From Tetramitus jugosus (Eukaryota; Protista; Heterolobosea): a DNA stretch of 64,000 nucleotides. This document shows positions 57,294 through 64,000 of this stretch, in pieces. The position numbers were made by a program, and so were the translations under genes. The first letter of the stretch is position 1, and every line of letters starts with the position of its first letter. Location: NCBI GenBank assembly GCA_937625935.1, contig OW569384.1, positions 124,001-188,000 of the forward strand, read 5' to 3'. The notes beneath the pieces were generated by a model. It searched no databases. It was given only the letters and a program-made list of their open reading frames with translations, and was not told the origin of the DNA.

Positions 57294-59087
57294 TTAGTCA
57301 ACGAGGCGTTCTGCACGAGGTTGATCCAACGCGACACTCGTTTGAGAATACTCTGGACGACCCATGATAATATAAGATGTGGTGTTTTGACGACAGATTG
57401 GACACTTGTCAATCTGTTGGAAACACTCTTGACAAACGCACATGTGTCTGCACGGCAATAGTGTTACCTCCCTGTCATTGTCCCAACAAATGATACATTT
57501 CTCGTCCTGATCAGAAGCACCTTCATCAGACGTACCATAAATGTCTTGCATCTCATAGAGTCCCTGCTCCGTTTGCACCAAGCTCTTGTACACTTTGATC
57601 GAATAACTGGGTGATGATGAATTGCTTTCACTGGTGTTGTTGTTTTTGGTGAAATGAGCAATGCAATATATACAGACTGATTCTTCATCATATGGACCGT
57701 TTTCCGTCGTCCGCTTCATAGACTCTGACGAAGCATACCTTGCAGTCGCCCGTATCACAATTATCAATGGTAGAGTAACCCGATTAATCTCATCATTCTC
57801 ATCATCAACAATCACAGCAGCACTGTCTCCCTCTTCATTCACATTGATCACTGTTGAATCAGGAGCATTCTCTTCGTTGTCTTGCTGCTCCACAGAATGT
57901 TCCTGTGAGTTTTCAGCAGATTCAGCTGAAGTGGCAGCAGCGACATTTGATGATGAAGCGCCACTAGTGGCCGATCTTCTGTGTAAAGGCAACGAAGAAA
58001 AGTATTGATCAATCTGTGACTCTGGAATGAGCTGGGTCAATGGAAGAACAAACATGTTGTCCAACGAAGGCACAAAAGCTTTTGGTTCACTCTTATCCAA
58101 ATAATCCTCTCTCTCTAATATCGTATTCAGATCAATCATTAACCTCGTCTGTGTTGTTCGTTGTTGACTCGTCGTCTTCTTTGTGTGTCTCGTTGAGCGA
58201 TTTGATGTCGTTCGTTTGCTGTTGTTGTTGCTACTATTGTTTTTGCGATTCGTTTTTCGATTGATTGTCGTTCGAGCATTGTTGCCATTGCTTCCCAACA
58301 GATGAATGCGTCCGTCGTCGTCTTCCTCGTCTTCTTCTTCCTCCTCCTCATCCAATTCTTCATCCATTGGCATGTCATCACCACCATTCTCATCTTCTTC
58401 ATTCATCACAATCACATGATCATCATCATCATTGTGACTACCACCGTCATAATCATCATTACCATGATTCGACACAATCATCACTTCACCCTTCTCGTTC
58501 AAACACAGATTCGAAACAAACATTTGTTGAAACGGTTGCAACACTTTTTCATTGAACACTTGTTCTCGAACACCCCAAAACAATTGAATCGTTGCAGGCA
58601 CCAATGAATCAAACTTGAACGTGACACCATATCCCTTCTCTTGTTGTGCATTCACATTTCGACAATCAACCTTTAGAGAATTCTTGTTCAAATTCATTGT
58701 CGTATTGATACGTTTCATGGTAACAGACGGTGAGGCAACATTGCCTCTGAACAGTGCTTGAATAAAGGAACGAACAGATCCTTCACCCCACAAATTATCA
58801 ATCCGATCAAAGTTGGCAATCTAGAACAAACATGTCAATCACACTTGAAAAAAAAACACATCATGATGATGAGAAAAAAAAAGTGGATAACAACAAACGT
58901 TTAAAATATTAAATCGACCACTGCGCAGCGCATAGACGAGTTGTGCCATCGAAATGAATCCCTTGCACATTCGAATCATCCAGATGAAAAATGCGATGCA
59001 AATGAGGAAAATCAAAAGATTGAAAATTTCTGGTGAGAGCACATTGGGTGATGCAGCATCATCAGAGAATGAAAATCGGAAAACCAT
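57294..59087 (-). CDS. LOG2/MGRN1-like RING-HC E3 ubiquitin ligase with N-terminal TM
   Basis: Intron 58821-58898. DAR2-like NLNKNSLK...VTFKFDS...IQLFW, YEMQDIYG; RING CIICW...LLPCRHMCVCQEC...CPICR. Confidence 0.85.
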
Positions 59088-59660
59088 GTTGTTTCCTTCC
59101 AAAACGAAGATGTAATATTTTTTTGTTTGTTGGAAAGGAGTTCTCTCTCGTAGGATATATAAAAGTGATCTCTTTCAAACTCTGTGATTTTTGTGTTTTT
59201 TGGCGGCCTTTTTGTCGAGTTATTTTGGTGTTGTTCAATTGACCCGACTGACGTTTCATGCATCTGTTGTAAAACATTATTGGAACATCGGTTGATATTT
59301 TGGATGCACTTGAATTTCAAATTGTCCCTCAACTAGATACTGATCTCACCAGGGAATCTGGTTTTGCTCCGTTGAAGACTAACATTAGAAACCTCTCCGT
59401 GTGAACGAATTGGTTGTTCCCAAAGCTGGCCATCATCAAGGTCTTTGCTCTTTGCTTCCCTTTGGCTCCAATATGATTATGACGTCACAGCTATTAAACC
59501 GAGCAGCCACTCATACTTGTTGGAAAAACATACTTGGAACAACAACAGCGGTTCATCTTCCCCTTCTTTGCCACTTCAAACAAGAACAACACAAGGCCCA
59601 CTGAATACACTCACACAAAAAGAATAACCGACACAAAAAACTGTACATACAAGTTCTACC

Positions 59661-60200
59661 ATGAAGAGAAAGATAGAAGCAACAGAGTTTCTGACTGTGG
59701 ACACAGGATTCACAATTTCAGAAAGCAAGAGAATTAAGCTCCTTTCGAGCATCAACAACTGCTCACATTCTCCCTTCACACCCAGTCCTGTATCACACCA
59801 ATCACCTTGCAGTCCCGATAAAGAGGACGAAGAGTTCTTCTCAATGTTGATGATGGAGTCTCAGTCAGGGACGAGCACAGATACTGGACAGAGTATTTCT
59901 GAACAAGATGGTCAAGATCTCGATGAAATACATGCTACCTCTATTGTGATTGAAATACCTGAACAACAACAGGCAAATGCAGAAGGTGTAATCCTTTCTC
60001 CTGGTACTGAAGAAGACTTGTATTTCGATAATGCCACTTGTTTATTTGATGACATGTTAGAGATATTCGAAGACGAACCAAACCGAGAGGGCAACGGTGG
60101 AGAAGAAGATCTGTTGAGATTGGCAACACCAACCATATCTCCCATCGTTTTCCACGAAATGTTTCCTGTCCGCTCTGTTGCACCTAACCTCAACCCTTAA
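59661..60200 (+). CDS. Hypothetical acidic disordered protein with bipartite NLS-like N-terminus
   Basis: 179-aa ATG-initiated ORF with KRK...KRIK and SP/TP clusters; no family recognised. Confidence 0.5.
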   Translation: MKRKIEATEFLTVDTGFTISESKRIKLLSSINNCSHSPFTPSPVSHQSPCSPDKEDEEFFSMLMMESQSGTSTDTGQSISEQDGQDLDEIHATSIVIEIPEQQQANAEGVILSPGTEEDLYFDNATCLFDDMLEIFEDEPNREGNGGEEDLLRLATPTISPIVFHEMFPVRSVAPNLNP

Positions 60201-60547
60201 TACACCAATAATTGTACCATTATCTTTATTCCAAACCGTCAAGTAATTTTCCTTTTATTAATCTCACGCTCGTGAATACTCTAGAAATTCCCTATTGCAC
60301 ACTCAACCAAACAGGAATTCCTTTGATCGCTTGTTTTTCTCCGCGCGAAGCTGTCATTCATGTCACGCCAAAAACTCGAACGTTTAAATCACCTTCCAGC
60401 AACGCGACGTTGGGACAAAAAATTAACCCACCACCAAAATAAAAAAAAAGTCTGGAACTTCCTTGGTTATTCAACAACCACAATCCCCCCATCAACAAAC
60501 GAGAGAAAAAAAACAACCAACAATAACATAAACAAGAAATCAAAAAA

Positions 60548-61498
60548 ATGAATGATCGATTGGCTGATTTAGGATACGTGGACGCCGATGAAGAGGAATA
60601 CCGCTCCTCCATTTCTCCCACCAACAAAAACAACAATAAAAAATCGAGCGGCAAAAAAAAACAAAAAAAATACGATAGTGACGACGATGACAACAATGAC
60701 AATAATGACAATGGACAATCAGGTAGCAATGTGAATGAAATGGGTCAGGGCATGCAAGAGTACTATGATCAAGTTCAATCGATACGAACAGAGATTGACA
60801 ACATTAGTCTCAACATTAAAAAACTCAAAAAAGTGTATTCTGTCATATTGAACGCCACTGACGGCAAAGAAATGCAAAAGAACAAGAATATGGTCAATGA
60901 GAAGATTAGTGAAACATCAGTCATTATCAAAAAGTGTCAAAAGTTGCTAAAGGACATGAAGGACAAGACACAAAAAATGAAGGACGAAGATGATGGAACA
61001 GGGTCGAATGCAGTGATTCGGATCAGAGAACAACAACACGTTCAAATCACTAGAGAATTCATGGACGTCATGCAAGAGTATCAAGACGTTCAAGAAGAAT
61101 ACAAGGACAATTATCAGAGTCGGATGAAACGATCTATTTTGGTCGCAAATCCCGACGTTTCCGATGAACAGGTGCAAGCAATGTTGGAGAATCCGAATTT
61201 TCAGCCGACTGATGTGTTCAAGGCGGACATGTTGGCAGAGACGGATAAGCACACGTTGGATACCATGTATGCTGAGGTTGCGGAGACACACAAGGATATT
61301 CTGAAGCTCGAGGTTTCATTGAGAGAGTTGCATCAGTTGTTTGTTGATTTTGCAGCACTGGTGGAGGCTCAGGATGAAATGTTTGACAATATTGAACACA
61401 ATGTGACTCATGCCAGAGAGTATATCGAGAGTGGTATTAAGAATTTGAAGAAGGCAAAGAAATGGGAGAAGCGATCTCGAAAATGTATCATGATGTAA
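60548..61498 (+). CDS. Syntaxin-1-like Qa-SNARE lacking a TM anchor and ending in CaaX
   Basis: MNDRLADL N-peptide, Habc helices, SNARE motif HKDILKLEVSLRELHQLFVDFAALVEAQDEMFDNIE; ends KRSRKCIMM*. Confidence 0.9.
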   Translation: MNDRLADLGYVDADEEEYRSSISPTNKNNNKKSSGKKKQKKYDSDDDDNNDNNDNGQSGSNVNEMGQGMQEYYDQVQSIRTEIDNISLNIKKLKKVYSVILNATDGKEMQKNKNMVNEKISETSVIIKKCQKLLKDMKDKTQKMKDEDDGTGSNAVIRIREQQHVQITREFMDVMQEYQDVQEEYKDNYQSRMKRSILVANPDVSDEQVQAMLENPNFQPTDVFKADMLAETDKHTLDTMYAEVAETHKDILKLEVSLRELHQLFVDFAALVEAQDEMFDNIEHNVTHAREYIESGIKNLKKAKKWEKRSRKCIMM

Positions 61499-61624
61499 CA
61501 CCGCACCACCGAAAACAAATCGGAGGTTTTTTAACTTTTTCAATATATTTTATCATTGCATGAGCGAGGGTGTTCAAATTTTGTGCTGCACATTCGTATT
61601 GAAGTTCAATGGTTTGTTGCTACG

Positions 61625-63130
61625 TTATGACTGTGTGGCTACGGATGATACGTCTGCTGCTGGCATGGATTCGTGCGAGCGATTAATGGCAGCCCGTTGT
61701 CGTTTCTTCCTTCGTTCCATGATGCGCAACCGCCTCTTTCTTTCCTTGTTTTGGTTGTATATGAAGTAGGATACAGCAATGATGACAACTATTGATCCCA
61801 CGAGTTGCCACGTGCTTCTCAATCTTTCACTCAAAATCATCTCACTGAAAATGATGGTGGCAACCAATCGAACTGCCAGCATGCTTCCAGATGTAGCTGC
61901 ACCCAGAATTTGGATCGAGTAGATGTTGAGCGACCTGCCAACGAGATAGACCAAGATGGAGAACGCCATGAAGAAGCAATAGCCCTTTGCATCCAAGTAC
62001 CGCCATGCACTCCAATCCTCTAGTGTGATGCTCGGTATGAAAAACACACAGACAACAGTCAATTGTTGAATGAGAAACAATGAATTCTCTGATATCGTGA
62101 TACCTGGTTGTCCGTCTTGACTCTTCTTCATGAACCGCAGAGCAATCATGTAAATGGACAATGAAACAGTTGAAAAGAATGCCAGACTCATTCCCAATCC
62201 ATCTCTCCATGTCAAGTGACCCTTGAACAGTTGGACCCAATCAATATACACTTGGAACAAGAAATCGTACCAGTGTCTCTTTGGAAACAGGTGAACTGAA
62301 CCTCCAACGACAATCAATGCACCACCAAGAACAGTGATGATCATGGCGGCAACACCCTTCCAATTCCAAGCTTCTCTTTGACTCTCCTCAATCAGTCGAT
62401 TTCCCAGACAAAAGGACAGCAAACTCACGACAAACGGTGTCGACAGTGATACGAGCTGAACATTCACTGCCGTAGTGAATTTTGTGGAATACAAGTTGGT
62501 TCCCGATCTCAGGATAATTGCCACGATAAAGACAATCAGGGCAATGTATTTCTTGAGACCTGATAGTCTTTGCTTGAGCGATCGCTTTGCTGTTGGCTCC
62601 AACAAGGTTTGTGTCTCTTCAGTTACCACAGCAGCTTCTCCTTCATCGACAATGACTTGTGACAAATTGCTTTCTTCTTGAATAGAAGCTTTTGGCTCGT
62701 TTCTGTTGCGAAACCGTGTCCACAGAGACTTGAACCAAGGAATCAACAGCACTGGCATATACAACAGGAGAGCTACCAAATTACTCGTGAAAAGCAGAGA
62801 CAATGTCGGAATAGGATGAGACACATCATGTTGAAGATATCTTGAGAATGGATGTTGAAGACCAAAAAGCACATGAGACAACAAACACATGGCAACTCCA
62901 GTCGTATACTTTACCGATGTCGTCGATGCAGATGACACTGAGTGTTTGTCTTGACGTTTTCTTGATGTAGCTTGGTCACCATCAGCTGATTCATTACGTT
63001 CAGTTACGGTGGCGCCATCGATTGAGTCCATGAGAAGTGGTTCAGAGCTAACACCGTGGTCAACAGTGTGCGAAGTTGCAACAAGTAATGTCTTTTCTTC
63101 ATTTTCACGATTCAACGAAAATGAAGTCAT
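61625..63130 (-). CDS. EamA/DMT superfamily transporter
   Basis: About 10 TM helices in two repeats; STPFVVSLLS and ILSERL...QLVGSIVVI motifs. Confidence 0.78.
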   Translation of the reverse strand: MTSFSLNRENEEKTLLVATSHTVDHGVSSEPLLMDSIDGATVTERNESADGDQATSRKRQDKHSVSSASTTSVKYTTGVAMCLLSHVLFGLQHPFSRYLQHDVSHPIPTLSLLFTSNLVALLLYMPVLLIPWFKSLWTRFRNRNEPKASIQEESNLSQVIVDEGEAAVVTEETQTLLEPTAKRSLKQRLSGLKKYIALIVFIVAIILRSGTNLYSTKFTTAVNVQLVSLSTPFVVSLLSFCLGNRLIEESQREAWNWKGVAAMIITVLGGALIVVGGSVHLFPKRHWYDFLFQVYIDWVQLFKGHLTWRDGLGMSLAFFSTVSLSIYMIALRFMKKSQDGQPGITISENSLFLIQQLTVVCVFFIPSITLEDWSAWRYLDAKGYCFFMAFSILVYLVGRSLNIYSIQILGAATSGSMLAVRLVATIIFSEMILSERLRSTWQLVGSIVVIIAVSYFIYNQNKERKRRLRIMERRKKRQRAAINRSHESMPAADVSSVATQS

Positions 63131-63594
63131 AATTGGATAGTGTGAATACCTTTGAATGTTCGATGCCGACGTGAGAGCTAGGAAGAGTATGGTTTAGTTT
63201 TCATATGGTTTCAAACAGGCCTGTTTGGCATCAGATAAACTGTTTCCCACAATTCAAATTTTGATTTTTTCCGCTATAAATGGAATGATCAAAGTTGTTC
63301 GACCATTCCACCGCACAATCTGGCGGACCAAATTCTTGTATGGAAATTTCAGTCAACCTTGAATCTAACTTAGAAATCTCTAATTGTCAACATCCTTTCG
63401 CAGTTATTTGATTTCGGAGAATGTCGCCCGGTCAACATCGGTTTTCAGCTGGAATGCAATCCTGTTCATGCACTTCTGAAGCGAAAACTCATGTTCCAGG
63501 GTTCGGAGAACATGCAACACAAGTCCCATTATAAAAACAAAAACAAGCAGGTTGTCCAACCAATCACAAGAAAAAAAACAGAAAGAGCATCATC

Positions 63595-64000
63595 ATGGTC
63601 ACTACTGGTAAGCCAACATTCAAAAAGTATCCATCCATCGAAAATCACTACCGGGAAGAGTTCATGGAACAAGTGTACGAGAGCATCCAACACTTTCATA
63701 GCAAGAACGAAGAGAATCAATTACCAAGACAAGATATCGAATGGGTTTCATCTGAAAAGGTCCACGGATCAAACTTTAGCTTTATTGTGAGGCGCTCTGA
63801 TGAAGACGCAGACAATGTGTCGATTTCTGTTGGAAAACGTTCGGGTATTGTTGCTCCTGATGATAAATTCTTTCCGCAAGCAAGAGCCGCCGTACAGAGA
63901 AAATACGCTGGTGCTTGTAAGAGAGCTTTCGAGGTGTTGAGCCAAGAGTTTGAGTCTGATGACTCGAAACCAATTCGTGTGGAACAAGTGGTTGTTTTTG
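63595..64000 (+). CDS. T4 Rnl2-family ATP-dependent RNA ligase (partial, runs off the window end)
   Basis: Not in the ORF track. Manual translation from ATG 63595: FKKYPSIENHY, EWVSSEKVHGSNFS (motif I KxHGxN), GKRSG (motif Ia), DKFF, VVVFG (start of motif III). These match T4 Rnl2 in order and spacing. Confidence 0.9.
   Translation, partial: MVTTGKPTFKKYPSIENHYREEFMEQVYESIQHFHSKNEENQLPRQDIEWVSSEKVHGSNFSFIVRRSDEDADNVSISVGKRSGIVAPDDKFFPQARAAVQRKYAGACKRAFEVLSQEFESDDSKPIRVEQVVVF

Noticed and set aside
59480-59498. TGACGTCA (CRE) followed by CTATTAAA upstream of the 59661 ORF
   Set aside because: Plausible promoter elements, but one 8-mer is expected by chance in a window this size.

Overview
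Gene-dense, intron-poor eukaryotic genomic DNA, roughly 40% GC by eye. It has short GT-AG introns of about 60-210 nt and many N/Q/H/S homopolymer tracts. The style suggests a free-living protist, possibly a heterolobosean amoeba (inference only). About 33 protein-coding genes and two tRNA genes (Thr-AGT, Leu-CAG) are supported. Most are housekeeping genes: PIS, TrxR, SCOT, GPD2, DOCK GEF, ABCG, P450, ethanolamine kinase and others. The main accessory region is ~36.1-41.8 kb. It holds a P-superfamily DNA-transposon gene split by one +1 frameshift, whose transposase is fused to a C2H2 finger, an intact-looking DEDDh 3'-5' exonuclease and two SHI/STY(SRS)-type zinc fingers, with a small intronless RING-H2 gene beside it. 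Three genes are missed or cut short by the ORF track: a T4 Rnl2-type RNA ligase running off the right edge, a GT-A glycosyltransferase running off the left edge, and a two-exon 173-aa protein with KEN box, D-box and C-terminal LR tail (candidate APC/C inhibitor). Other oddities are an F-box/pseudo-Rab/CaaX fusion, a TM-less CaaX-ending syntaxin, a signal-peptide nicotinamidase, a bacterial-type GalU, and broken or foreign sequence just upstream of both tRNA genes. All family calls come from motif recognition by eye; no searches were run.
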